DNA of 31,067 nucleotides from Actinomycetota bacterium (GTDB taxonomy: Bacteria; Actinomycetota; CADDZG01; WHSQ01). Location of the stretch: contig JAXDJM010000138.1 of NCBI GenBank assembly GCA_034665605.1, forward strand, positions 1-31,067. The letters run 5' to 3'. Under the pieces are notes generated by a model, which worked only from the letters and a program-made list of their open reading frames with translations, made no database searches and was not told the origin of the DNA. Below are positions 9,236 to 17,684 of this stretch, one piece after another (position 1 is the first letter of the stretch; every line of letters starts with the position of its first letter). A program made the translations under genes and the position numbers.

Positions 9236-10006
9236 CTATCCGAATTTCTGAGGAACGATCGCGAAGTAAAGGGACGTGAGGATGAAGTTGATGAAGAAGA
9301 TGAGCATGAACGTCACAACGACGGCTCGGTTCACGGCGTCGCCGACGCCCTTCGGCCCGCCCTTCGCGTAGAAGCCGAAGTAGACGGCAACCATCGCGGC
9401 GGCCAGCCCGAAGATCCCGGCCTTCAGCACGGCGACGAACAGGTCGGCGGTCTGAGCGAGGAGGCTGAACGAAGCCAGATACGCCCCCGGGGTACCGCCT
9501 TGGATGATCACGTTGAAGAAGTAGCCGCCTGCGATACCGGCCACCGACACGAAGCCGTCGAGCAGCATGGCCACGAAAACGGCAGCCCAGATGCGGGGCA
9601 CCACGAGGGTGGCAACGGGGTTGACCGCCAGCACCTCCATGGCGGCGATCTCGTCGCGGATCTTGCGGCTTCCGATGTCGGCGCACATCGCCGACCCGCC
9701 GGCCCCCGCGATCAACAAGGCGGCAACGATGGGGGCCGCCTCTCTGACCACCGCCAGGACCATCGCCGCTCCCGTCTGAGATTCCGCACCGAGTTGCCTC
9801 GCGACGTTGCCCACTTGGAGCGCGATCGTCGCTCCGAACGCGATCGAAACCAACACGGCTGGGAACATCGAGACGCTGGCGATGAACCACGACTGACGAA
9901 TGAACTCGCGCCAGGGGTACGGAGGCTTCCACATGATCCGGAAGGCCTCCAGAGTGATGGCAAACATGTTGCCGGTCTCCGTTAGGAGATTTCGAAGACC
10001 TTTCAT
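9236..10006 (-). CDS. yrbEA: YrbE/MlaE-family ABC permease (YrbEA-like)
   Basis: VVREAAPIVAALLIAGAGGSAMCADIGSRKIRDEIAAMEVLAVNP and KGGPKGVGDAVNRAVV. Confidence 0.93.
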   Translation of the reverse strand: MKGLRNLLTETGNMFAITLEAFRIMWKPPYPWREFIRQSWFIASVSMFPAVLVSIAFGATIALQVGNVARQLGAESQTGAAMVLAVVREAAPIVAALLIAGAGGSAMCADIGSRKIRDEIAAMEVLAVNPVATLVVPRIWAAVFVAMLLDGFVSVAGIAGGYFFNVIIQGGTPGAYLASFSLLAQTADLFVAVLKAGIFGLAAAMVAVYFGFYAKGGPKGVGDAVNRAVVVTFMLIFFINFILTSLYFAIVPQKFG

Positions 10007-10009
10007 CTT

Positions 10010-10924
10010 TTACGCCGTGGCCTTCTTCCTTCTAGGCGTTGTGTCCTGGCTGTCGGAGTCGTCGGGAGCTCCTGCGGCTCGCTCCAACTCCTCGGTTTCT
10101 TCAGCGGTAAGGCCCGAGGTGCTTTGTGGCTCGGCGCCTTCCTCCGGCTTGACCTGGTCCTTCTCCTCGGACATCCCGATGGGGCCCTCCGTGTCGCCCG
10201 CAAGGAATTGGCGAACGACGGGGATGTCCGACTCGAACATCTCTCTGGCGGGCCCGAAGCGGACGAGGTTGCGGCGATAAAGCATCCCGATGAAGTCCGC
10301 CACTTTCTTTGCCGTGGCGATGTCGTGCGTGACGACGATGAAGGTTGCGCCGAGCTGCTTGTTGAGGTCCATGGTCAGCTCGTTCAGGAAAGCTGTTCGC
10401 ACGGGATCGAGCCCCGAGTCGGGCTCATCGAAGAGGACGATCTGTGGATCCAGCACGAGAGCGCGCGCCAGTCCGGCCCGCTTCTTCATCCCACCCGAGA
10501 TCTCGCCGGGAAGTTTCTTCTCGGCCCCCGTCAAGCCCACCATCTTCAGTTTCTCGGAGACGATGTCGTTGATCTCGCTCTCCTTCTTCTTCGTGTGCTC
10601 GCGAAGAGGAAAGGCGACGTTGTCGTAGATGTTCATCGAGCCGAACAGGGCACCATCCTGGAACAACACGCCGAACTTGCGGCGAACCTCGTAGAGCTCT
10701 TTCTCGTTGAGGGCCGGGACGTTCTTACCGTCGATCCAAATCTCGCCGCGGTCAGGCTTCAGCAGGCCGACGAGGTGCTTGAGAAAGACCGACTTGCCCG
10801 TCCCGGAGGGACCGAGCATCAACGTGATCTTTCCTTGCGGGATATCGCAAGTTATGTCCTCCAGGACCGTTTGTGGTCCGAAGGACTTGGTGAGCCCTTT
10901 GATGCTGATCTCGGTCTCGAGCAT
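10010..10924 (-). CDS. mceG: Mce-system ABC ATPase (MceG/Mkl, MlaF family)
   Basis: Walker A GPSGTGKS, signature ISGGMKKR, Walker B IVLFDEPDSGLDP, H-loop VTHD and the MceG-type tail GPIGMSEEKD. Start set at ATG 10924 after a G-rich SD; the ORF-track start at 11674 overlaps the ACAD on the other strand. Confidence 0.93.
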   Translation of the reverse strand: MLETEISIKGLTKSFGPQTVLEDITCDIPQGKITLMLGPSGTGKSVFLKHLVGLLKPDRGEIWIDGKNVPALNEKELYEVRRKFGVLFQDGALFGSMNIYDNVAFPLREHTKKKESEINDIVSEKLKMVGLTGAEKKLPGEISGGMKKRAGLARALVLDPQIVLFDEPDSGLDPVRTAFLNELTMDLNKQLGATFIVVTHDIATAKKVADFIGMLYRRNLVRFGPAREMFESDIPVVRQFLAGDTEGPIGMSEEKDQVKPEEGAEPQSTSGLTAEETEELERAAGAPDDSDSQDTTPRRKKATA

Positions 10925-10943
10925 TTCCCCCCACCCGAGCGAT

Positions 10944-11026
10944 AAAAAAGTGCCGGACCCACAACCCTGTGGAGCCTCGACAAAAACGTCGCCGCAGTCT
11001 ATCTGCCTCAGAAACGAAGTGGCAGA
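10944..11026 (-). promoter_or_regulatory. Candidate mce-operon control region: -10 TAGACT, inverted repeat TCTGCC-N13-GGCAGA, leader hairpin plus U6 tract
   Basis: Minus-strand TAGACT at 11001-10996. Inverted repeat arms at 11002-11007 and 11021-11026. CCACA-N4-TGTGG at 10959-10972, followed on the minus strand by T6 (10949-10944). Arms are short, so the call is tentative. Confidence 0.3.
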
Positions 11027-11079
11027 CCTTTCCTGTAAGTACCCGTTCGACCGATGTGCGTCACGCCGCGGGAGCGGAC

Positions 11080-11085
11080 TACTAT
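11080..11085 (+). promoter_or_regulatory. Probable -10 element of a leaderless transcript (ACAD pair)
   Basis: TACTAT, 7 nt, then GTG 11093. No SD in between. Confidence 0.6.
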
Positions 11086-11092
11086 CCCCGTC

Positions 11093-12271
11093 GTGGATTT
11101 CAGAGACACCCCCGAAGAAGCCTCGTTCAGGGCGGAACTCCGTTCCTGGATAGAGCAGAACCTTCCTCCCGGCTGGGTGGACAAGGATCCCGCCGCCGGC
11201 CGCATGGACGAGAAGGTCTCTCGCGAGTGGAGCCGCAAGCTCTACGAAGCCGGCTATGCGGGCTTGACGTGGCCCAAGGACTTCGGGGGAGCCGGTGCCC
11301 CGTACAGCTTCCAAGCGATCTTCTTGGAAGAGACGGCCCGTTCGGAGGCGCCCGACCACATCGGGGTGATCGGTCTCGGCATGGCGGGGCCGACGATCAC
11401 CGTCCACGGGACCGATGAGCAGAAGAACCGGTACCTCGGAAAGATCCTGTCCGGCGAAGAGGTGTGGTGCCAGGGATTCTCCGAGCCCGGATCGGGTTCG
11501 GATCTTGCATCCTTGAAGACGAAAGCCGTCGACGACGGTGACAGCTTCGTGGTGAACGGACAGAAGGTGTGGTCGTCGTTCGCTCACATCGCGGATTTCT
11601 GCATCTTGCTCGTGAGGACGGATCCCGCTGCCGACAAGCACAAGGGCATCACGTATCTGTTGGTCGACATGCATTCGCCCGGCGTCGAGGTTCGACCGTT
11701 ACGTCAGATCACCGGGGATCCCGAGTTCAACGAGATCTTCTTCTCGGACGTGCGCGTGCCCAAAGAGAACATCCTGGGTGAGGTCAACGACGGTTGGCGC
11801 GTTGCGATGACGACACTCCTGCACGAGCGCGGGACGCTCGGTTTCGCCTTGACCGCGCGCTTGGAAGTTTTGTTCCGCAAACTCGTGCAACTTGCGAAAG
11901 AGCGATCCAACGGCGAGGGTCCCGCTACCGACGCGCTGATCCGCGATCGGATCGCGCAACATTGGATCGATCTCCAGGCGCTTCGATTCACGAATTACCG
12001 CGCGCTGACGAAGCTGATGCAAACCGGCGTTCCGGGACCTGAGGGCTCCGTGGCGAAGCTGCATTGGTCCGAAACCAATCAACGATTGACGAAGCTTGCG
12101 CTGGAAGTTCAGGGATCTGCCTCTCGTCTCGACGACAACGACGCGGTGTGGAACGGGTTCTGGCAGTACCAGCAGCTGCGCAGCCGCGGCAACACCATCG
12201 AGGCGGGAACGTCGGAGATCCTGCGGAACATCATCGCCGAGCGCGTCCTCGGCCTCCCCAGGAGTCGCTGA
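11093..12271 (+). CDS. Acyl-CoA dehydrogenase, catalytic subunit of a probable alpha2beta2 heterotetramer
   Basis: WCQGFSEPGSGSDLASL, NGQKVWSS, LLHERGTL (Glu position used by heteromeric FadE enzymes) and GNTIEAGTSEILRNIIAERVLGLP. Start moved to GTG 11093 (MDFRDTPEE). Confidence 0.92.
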   Translation: MDFRDTPEEASFRAELRSWIEQNLPPGWVDKDPAAGRMDEKVSREWSRKLYEAGYAGLTWPKDFGGAGAPYSFQAIFLEETARSEAPDHIGVIGLGMAGPTITVHGTDEQKNRYLGKILSGEEVWCQGFSEPGSGSDLASLKTKAVDDGDSFVVNGQKVWSSFAHIADFCILLVRTDPAADKHKGITYLLVDMHSPGVEVRPLRQITGDPEFNEIFFSDVRVPKENILGEVNDGWRVAMTTLLHERGTLGFALTARLEVLFRKLVQLAKERSNGEGPATDALIRDRIAQHWIDLQALRFTNYRALTKLMQTGVPGPEGSVAKLHWSETNQRLTKLALEVQGSASRLDDNDAVWNGFWQYQQLRSRGNTIEAGTSEILRNIIAERVLGLPRSR

Positions 12272-13362
12272 TGGACTTTGCATTCACGTCCGAACAGGAG
12301 ATGCTGCGAGATCAAGCGCGTTCCTATCTTGCCGACCGCTTCCCGATCGAGCGCGTGATCGAGCTCGCCGAGTCGGAAGATGGCTGGGACGAGAAATCGT
12401 GGCGCGAGATCGCCGAGCTCGGTTGGACGGGACTTTCGATCGCGGAAGAGAGCGGCGGCTCCGAGATGGGTTTTCTCGAAGAAGCCGTGATCCTGGAAGA
12501 GATGGGACGCGCACTGTATCCGGGGCCGTACGCGGCCACGGTCGGTTTCTGTATGCCTGCACTGGCGCGATCGGCCGAGTTGTCGAGAGGCATCGCGACC
12601 GGCGAGCTGAGTGCCACGGGTGCGTGGGCAGAAGCCGGGAGCGCCGACGGGTGGGATGGGATCGCGACGTCGGCGTCGGAGCGCGACGGGACATGGTCGG
12701 TGTCCGGTGTCAAGGAATTGGTGCCCGATGCGCATGCCGCTCAGGTCTTCGTCGTCACTGCCGTCGTAAACCGCGGTCCGGGGTTATTCGCGGTTCGTGC
12801 GGGCGATTCGACGCAGGTCGAGATGCTGCGAACGGTCGACCGGACGCGTCGGCTGGCCCGCGTGCGCTTCGAAGATGCCACGGCCGTATCGCTTGCGAGC
12901 GGGGACGAAGCCCGCGCTCTGTGGGATCAGATCGGTATGCGATCGGCAGCCTCACTTGCGCTCGAAGCGGTGGGCATCGCTCAGCGTGCCCTGGAGATGG
13001 CGATCGAGCATGCGAGCTCGCGCGAACAGTTCGGAAAGAAGATCGGGAGCTACGAAGCGGTCTCACACAACGTGTCGAACATCTACGTGGCAACCGAGCT
13101 TGCACGGTCGCTTGCCTACTGGGCCGCGTGGTGTGTCGCCGAGTCGGACGATCAAGCTGCCGTCGCGGTGGCTGCTGCAAAGAGCGCGGCGGGTGAGGCT
13201 GCGGTTCTTGCCTGCGAGAACGCGATCCAGGTTCACGGAGGCATGGGTTTCACGTGGGAGAGCCCGCTGCATCGCTACTACAAGCGTGCGGAGTGGATCT
13301 CCTCTTACGGGGGCTCCGGGGCGAGTCAGCGGAAGGTCATCGCAGCCGCGCTTTTCGACTGA
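12271..13362 (+). CDS. Acyl-CoA dehydrogenase, partner (non-catalytic-type) subunit
   Basis: TGATG-coupled to the upstream ACAD. MDFAFTSEQEML, REQFGKKIGSYEAV and IQVHGGMGFTWE are present. The FSEP motif is degenerate (AWAEAGS) and the protein is shorter, as in ChsE-type partner subunits. Confidence 0.9.
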   Translation: MDFAFTSEQEMLRDQARSYLADRFPIERVIELAESEDGWDEKSWREIAELGWTGLSIAEESGGSEMGFLEEAVILEEMGRALYPGPYAATVGFCMPALARSAELSRGIATGELSATGAWAEAGSADGWDGIATSASERDGTWSVSGVKELVPDAHAAQVFVVTAVVNRGPGLFAVRAGDSTQVEMLRTVDRTRRLARVRFEDATAVSLASGDEARALWDQIGMRSAASLALEAVGIAQRALEMAIEHASSREQFGKKIGSYEAVSHNVSNIYVATELARSLAYWAAWCVAESDDQAAVAVAAAKSAAGEAAVLACENAIQVHGGMGFTWESPLHRYYKRAEWISSYGGSGASQRKVIAAALFD

Positions 13363-13425
13363 AGTCGGGTTTTGTGGGTAGAGATGCGCAGCACCGCGTC
13401 GTATGCCCTCTATATTTGAGGACGG

Positions 13426-14631
13426 ATGGGCCACAGCATCGCCGCTAGGCTGATCGAATCTCTACGGGATCGTTTCCGGGGACCGGCGCCCAAAGAGGCT
13501 GCCGGTCGTTACCGCATCTCTATCGGTCGTACTTCTCGTGACGTCGTCGTCAAGGGTGGCGGGATCCGGGTGGATCGGATCCAGGGGCGACCCGACGTCG
13601 AGATCAGATGTGACCTCGAGACGTGGACGGCGATCGAGGACGGGCATATCTCCGGCATCGAGGCATTCGCCAACGGCCGCTTGAACGTCCGCGGCAGTAT
13701 CGATCGGTCGCTGTGGTTCGAGACTCTGTTCGAGCGCCCGGCAGCTGGCGCCATGCACTACGACCTCGAGCGCGTGTCGTTGGGCAGAACGAAGATCTCG
13801 ACATTGATCGCCGGACCCCCAGACGCGACCCCCCTCGTCTTGTTACATGGCCTGGGCGCGACCAAGTCGTCGTGGCTCCCGATAGTGCCCCAGCTGGCAC
13901 GCGAGCATCGTGTCTATGCGCTCGATCTCCCCGGTTTCGGCTCGTCATCCAAGCCACCGGGTCGCTACAACGCTCCTTGGTTCGCGGAACGTGTCGTGTC
14001 GTTCATGGACAAGCTCGGCATAGAGAACGCCTGCGTCGCCGGCAATTCGATGGGGGGCCGGATCGCGATGGAAGTCGCGATGACTAACCCCGAACGCGTC
14101 GCTGCGATCGCCTGCCTGTGTCCTGCGACCGCGTTCAGCTATCGGCCCGCCGCGTGGCTCGCTCGTCTCGCCCGACCCGAGTTGGGGATCGCCGCCGCTC
14201 GGCTGCCGCGGCAGCGCGTGGTCGCCGGTTTGAAGGAGCTCTTCGCCGACCCGAAAGCGGTGTCGCCGGACTGGTACGACGCCGCGGTGGACGATTTCCT
14301 CACGATCTGGCGTAGTCCCTCGGCGCGCATCGCGTTCTTCGCCTCGTTGCGCTCGATCTATCTCGAAGAACCGTACGGCGAAGCGGGATTCTGGGGCCGG
14401 CTCTCATCGATGAGAACGCCGGCTCTCTATCTGTATGGGCGCAAGGACCATCTCATCACTCCGAGGTTCGGTCCGAAGGTCGCGGCCGCGTTGCCTTCCG
14501 CACGCGTGATCGTCTGGGACGACTGCGGTCATGTGCCTCAGATAGAGCATCCAGATCGCACCGTCGACGAGATGCTTGGGTTCTTTGCATTCGCCCGTGG
14601 CGGGCTCAAGGCCGACGCCGCGGCGATCTAG
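13426..14631 (+). CDS. SCP2 lipid-binding domain fused to an alpha/beta hydrolase
   Basis: The N-terminal ~105 aa end in GIEAFANGRLNVRGSI (SCP2 pattern). The hydrolase has HGLG, GNSMGG (nucleophile), GRKD and CGHVPQIE, giving an intact Ser-Asp-His triad. Confidence 0.85.
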   Translation: MGHSIAARLIESLRDRFRGPAPKEAAGRYRISIGRTSRDVVVKGGGIRVDRIQGRPDVEIRCDLETWTAIEDGHISGIEAFANGRLNVRGSIDRSLWFETLFERPAAGAMHYDLERVSLGRTKISTLIAGPPDATPLVLLHGLGATKSSWLPIVPQLAREHRVYALDLPGFGSSSKPPGRYNAPWFAERVVSFMDKLGIENACVAGNSMGGRIAMEVAMTNPERVAAIACLCPATAFSYRPAAWLARLARPELGIAAARLPRQRVVAGLKELFADPKAVSPDWYDAAVDDFLTIWRSPSARIAFFASLRSIYLEEPYGEAGFWGRLSSMRTPALYLYGRKDHLITPRFGPKVAAALPSARVIVWDDCGHVPQIEHPDRTVDEMLGFFAFARGGLKADAAAI

Positions 14632-15071
14632 CTTTCTGGTTCCGACTGGCTGGGTGTCGGCGTCGTCGCGGGCAGCGCGGACAGAACGATCACAGCTACG
14701 GGTACCGCGATCTCGAGGGCCAGAGTCTCGAGGCTCAGGAGGTTCTGCCCCGTGGACAACGTTCCCCGGTTCATCAGGTGATAGAGAAAGTGCGGAAGCG
14801 CGAAGAACAGCCACGACACGCACGCGACGATCCGCAATCGGCGTTCGGCCACCCAGATGGATATCGCAAACAACGCGCCGAACGCGATGAAGAAGTAAGC
14901 GACGTCTCTGATGAGGTGCTCGTCGTAGACGCTCGAGGCTTGCACCCAGCCTGTGCCGAGCCCGGGGAAATGCAGGTACCAGCCCTTGGGGTCGACGGCC
15001 GCCCAGATGCCCGTGAACAGTTGCGAGAAAGCGAGGAACAACAAACCGATCCTCGTCAGTAGCTCTTTCAT
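14628..15071 (-). CDS. Hypothetical membrane protein (about 4 TM)
   Basis: ATGA-coupled to the upstream ACAD. Four hydrophobic segments and WYLHFPG...YDEHLIRDV, which I recall from conserved actinobacterial hypothetical proteins. Confidence 0.7.
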   Translation of the reverse strand: MKELLTRIGLLFLAFSQLFTGIWAAVDPKGWYLHFPGLGTGWVQASSVYDEHLIRDVAYFFIAFGALFAISIWVAERRLRIVACVSWLFFALPHFLYHLMNRGTLSTGQNLLSLETLALEIAVPVAVIVLSALPATTPTPSQSEPES

Positions 15072-16207
15072 CGAAGACCCAGCTCTCGGGCAATAACTCG
15101 TTGATGGATCTCCTGGGTGCCTTCGACGATCGCGAAATACCGAGCATCTCTGTAGTAACGCTCGATCGGGTATTCGCGCATGTATCCGTAGCCGCCGAAG
15201 ACACGTATCGCCTTGTCCGTGATGTCGATCACCGCCTCGCCGGCCAGTAGCTTCGCTATCGAAGTCTCGATGACCGGAGACTTGTCTTCGTCGAACATCC
15301 AGGCTGCTCTGTGCACGGCCAGCCGAGCGGCATCGAGCGTCGCGCGCGCCTTGGCAAGACGAAACGAAACTCCTTGATAGCTCGATATCGCGCTGCCGAA
15401 CGCGCTTCGATCGCGCGCGTAGGCGACGGCACCGTCGAGAGCCGAGCGCGCGATACCGAGCGCACCGCCCGAAACGATCACACGTCCGACATTGAGCGTT
15501 TGCATGACTTTCTTGAAAGCGCCACGCTCGCCGCCGAGGCACGCATCGTCCGGCACGAACACGTCGTCCAAGGCGACCTCGCCGATCTCCGAGGACAGGT
15601 TGCCCATCTTCTGGATCCGGGTTACCTCGACGCTCTCCGACGGCAGGTCGACGACGAACAACCCCATCCCGTCGATACCGGCACCAGGGTCGGTGTACGC
15701 GACCACGATCACGAAGTCGGCGATCGGGGCATTCGTGATGAAGGTCTTTCGACCGGAAAGGATCCAGCCGCCATCACCTTTGACGGCTTTGCATTGGATG
15801 CCGCGCACGTCCGATCCCGCGTTCGGCTCGGTCAAGCCAAACGCGCTCACCTTGTCGCCGACGAGTGCGGGCTTCAGGTACTCGTGCTTCTGCTCGTCGG
15901 ACCCGAACGCGTAGATCGGGAACGTTCCGAGATGTGAAGAAACCGACAGGGCGGCCGCTATGCCGGAGCAGACCGCTGCGAACTCCTCTCTGAGGATCGC
16001 TTCGGCGAGCACGCCGGCGCCGGAGCCACCCAGCTCTTCTGGGTATCGAACGCCGAGGAATCCTGCCCGCCCCGCCGTGTTGAAGATCTCGCGAGGCGTG
16101 CGCTCGGTTCGTTCTGCCTCATCGACCAGCGGTGCGATCTCGCGCGCGGCGAAGTCTCGTGCCGCGGAGCGGAACATCTCGAGGTCCTCGCCGAGGTCGA
16201 AGTCCAT
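15068..16207 (-). CDS. Acyl-CoA dehydrogenase (conventional homotetrameric type)
   Basis: AFGLTEPNAGSD, GRKTFITNA, FGGYGYMREYPIERYYRDA and IVEGTQEIH. Start ATG 16207 (MDFDLGED). Confidence 0.92.
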   Translation of the reverse strand: MDFDLGEDLEMFRSAARDFAAREIAPLVDEAERTERTPREIFNTAGRAGFLGVRYPEELGGSGAGVLAEAILREEFAAVCSGIAAALSVSSHLGTFPIYAFGSDEQKHEYLKPALVGDKVSAFGLTEPNAGSDVRGIQCKAVKGDGGWILSGRKTFITNAPIADFVIVVAYTDPGAGIDGMGLFVVDLPSESVEVTRIQKMGNLSSEIGEVALDDVFVPDDACLGGERGAFKKVMQTLNVGRVIVSGGALGIARSALDGAVAYARDRSAFGSAISSYQGVSFRLAKARATLDAARLAVHRAAWMFDEDKSPVIETSIAKLLAGEAVIDITDKAIRVFGGYGYMREYPIERYYRDARYFAIVEGTQEIHQRVIARELGLR

Positions 16208-16214
16208 GTTGCGG

Positions 16215-16220
16215 AGGATA
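16215..16220 (-). promoter_or_regulatory. Probable -10 element of a leaderless transcript (third ACAD)
   Basis: Minus-strand TATCCT, 7 nt, then ATG 16207. It lies inside the 25-bp gap between divergent genes. Confidence 0.55.
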
Positions 16221-16232
16221 GAAGATAGGGAC

Positions 16233-17081
16233 ATGACGATCGCCGAGAGGTTCTTTGCAGACCGCTCAGAGCGGGGGAAGTTGCGGTTCACCGGCCCCCA
16301 GAGAGCCTGGTTCTTGCACCAGATCCTGACCCAGTCGTTCGAGGACATTCAGCCCGGAGAAGAACGCGATGCCGCGCTACTGACGCCACACGGACGCATG
16401 ATCGGGTACCTAGAAGCTTGCGCCACCGACGAGGCCATCCTGTGTCACTTCGAGTCGTCGCTCATCGACACGCTCCCGGACGCGATCCGCAAGTACGTGC
16501 TCGCCACCGACATTCGTATCGATGACGTGACGGACGAGATGGGGCTGCTGCTCGTTGGCGGATCGAGCTGGCGCGCCGCAGAAGAGGAAGTCGACGGCGT
16601 TCACGTTCTTCAACCCACGCGTTCGGTCGGTGCAGATGCCGCCTATGTCTGGACCCAAAGAGATGAGATCGAGGGCCTCATCGACCGCCTTCAGAAGCGA
16701 GGTTTCGAACGAGCCTCGGAAAGCGATCTCGAGGCGAGTCGGGTGGCCGCCGGTGTTGCCCGTTGGGGATTCGACATGGACGAGAAAACGATCCCCCAAG
16801 AAGCGGGTATCGACGAATGGGCGATCCACTACTCAAAAGGTTGTTACGTCGGACAAGAGGCGATGTCGAAGATCCATTTCCGCGGCAAGCCGAATCGCAG
16901 GCTCGCGCGCGTGGAAGCAGACTCCGAGTTGCAACGAGGGGCAGAGGTCTTGATCGAAGGAAAGAAGATCGGCTCGGTGACTTCGGTCGCCGGCACGAGC
17001 GGGCTCGCGATCGTTCGGCACGACATCGAAGCAGGGGTGACCGTGGAGATCGACCACACCCGCGCTCGGGTGGTTGCCTGA
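16233..17081 (+). CDS. ygfZ: YgfZ/GcvT-family folate-binding protein
   Basis: Signature KGCYVGQE, plus LLTPHGRM and the N-terminal DRSERGKLRFTG. Start ATG 16233. Confidence 0.9.
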   Translation: MTIAERFFADRSERGKLRFTGPQRAWFLHQILTQSFEDIQPGEERDAALLTPHGRMIGYLEACATDEAILCHFESSLIDTLPDAIRKYVLATDIRIDDVTDEMGLLLVGGSSWRAAEEEVDGVHVLQPTRSVGADAAYVWTQRDEIEGLIDRLQKRGFERASESDLEASRVAAGVARWGFDMDEKTIPQEAGIDEWAIHYSKGCYVGQEAMSKIHFRGKPNRRLARVEADSELQRGAEVLIEGKKIGSVTSVAGTSGLAIVRHDIEAGVTVEIDHTRARVVA

Positions 17082-17084
17082 TCG

Positions 17085-17684
17085 ATGGCGCACCACTACG
17101 AGGGGGACGATCTGATCGTCAGGAAGATCGAGGTCGGCGACCTCGAGAACAACACCTACATCATCGAATGTCCCGAGACTCACGACGCGTTCATCGTGGA
17201 CGGCTCATTCGAAGCGAAGAAGATCGTCGAGGCAAGCAATGGCGCGAACATCGTTGCGATTCTTCAAACGCACGGCCACTACGACCACGTCCAGGCTCTT
17301 GCCGCTTTGAAAGAGAACTTCGACGTGCCCGTGCTCGCCCACGATGGAGACGAATATCCGGTCCCTATCGACCGGATCCTGTCGGACGGCGAGCGACTCG
17401 AACTCGGTAAACGGACGGTCACCGTTCTGCACACACCGGGCCACACACCCGGAAGCGTTTGTTTCGTTTCGGGAAGCCATCTCATCTCGGGCGACACCCT
17501 GTTTCCCGGTGGACCCGGTAATACGTGGGGGGACCGCGGGGCATTCGAGCAGATCATCGGATCGATCGAATCGAAGTTGTTCGTTTTGGACGATGCGACG
17601 GCCGTTTACCCCGGACACGGTGACGACACGACGATCGGAAACGAGAAACCACATCTGCAGGAGTGGATCGATCGCGGTTGGTGA
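17085..17684 (+). CDS. MBL-fold metallo-hydrolase (glyoxalase II-like)
   Basis: THGHYDH, HTPGHTPGS, SGDTLF and YPGHG metal-binding motifs. Confidence 0.9.
   Translation: MAHHYEGDDLIVRKIEVGDLENNTYIIECPETHDAFIVDGSFEAKKIVEASNGANIVAILQTHGHYDHVQALAALKENFDVPVLAHDGDEYPVPIDRILSDGERLELGKRTVTVLHTPGHTPGSVCFVSGSHLISGDTLFPGGPGNTWGDRGAFEQIIGSIESKLFVLDDATAVYPGHGDDTTIGNEKPHLQEWIDRGW

Noticed and set aside
1871-10945. Long plus-strand ORFs antisense to the mce operon (e.g. 1871-2707, 2698-3708, 3822-4547, 10124-10945)
   Set aside because: Shadow ORFs expected from high-GC codon bias. They have no recognisable motifs and fully overlap well-supported genes. The same applies to similar ORFs across the window.
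10925-11674. 250-aa N-terminal extension of MceG in the ORF track
   Set aside because: It is the antisense of the ACAD gene plus the intergenic region. The ATPase fold and an SD-like motif begin at ATG 10924.
14628-14631. CTAG shared by two convergent stop codons
   Set aside because: A common compact arrangement with no evidence of a special function.
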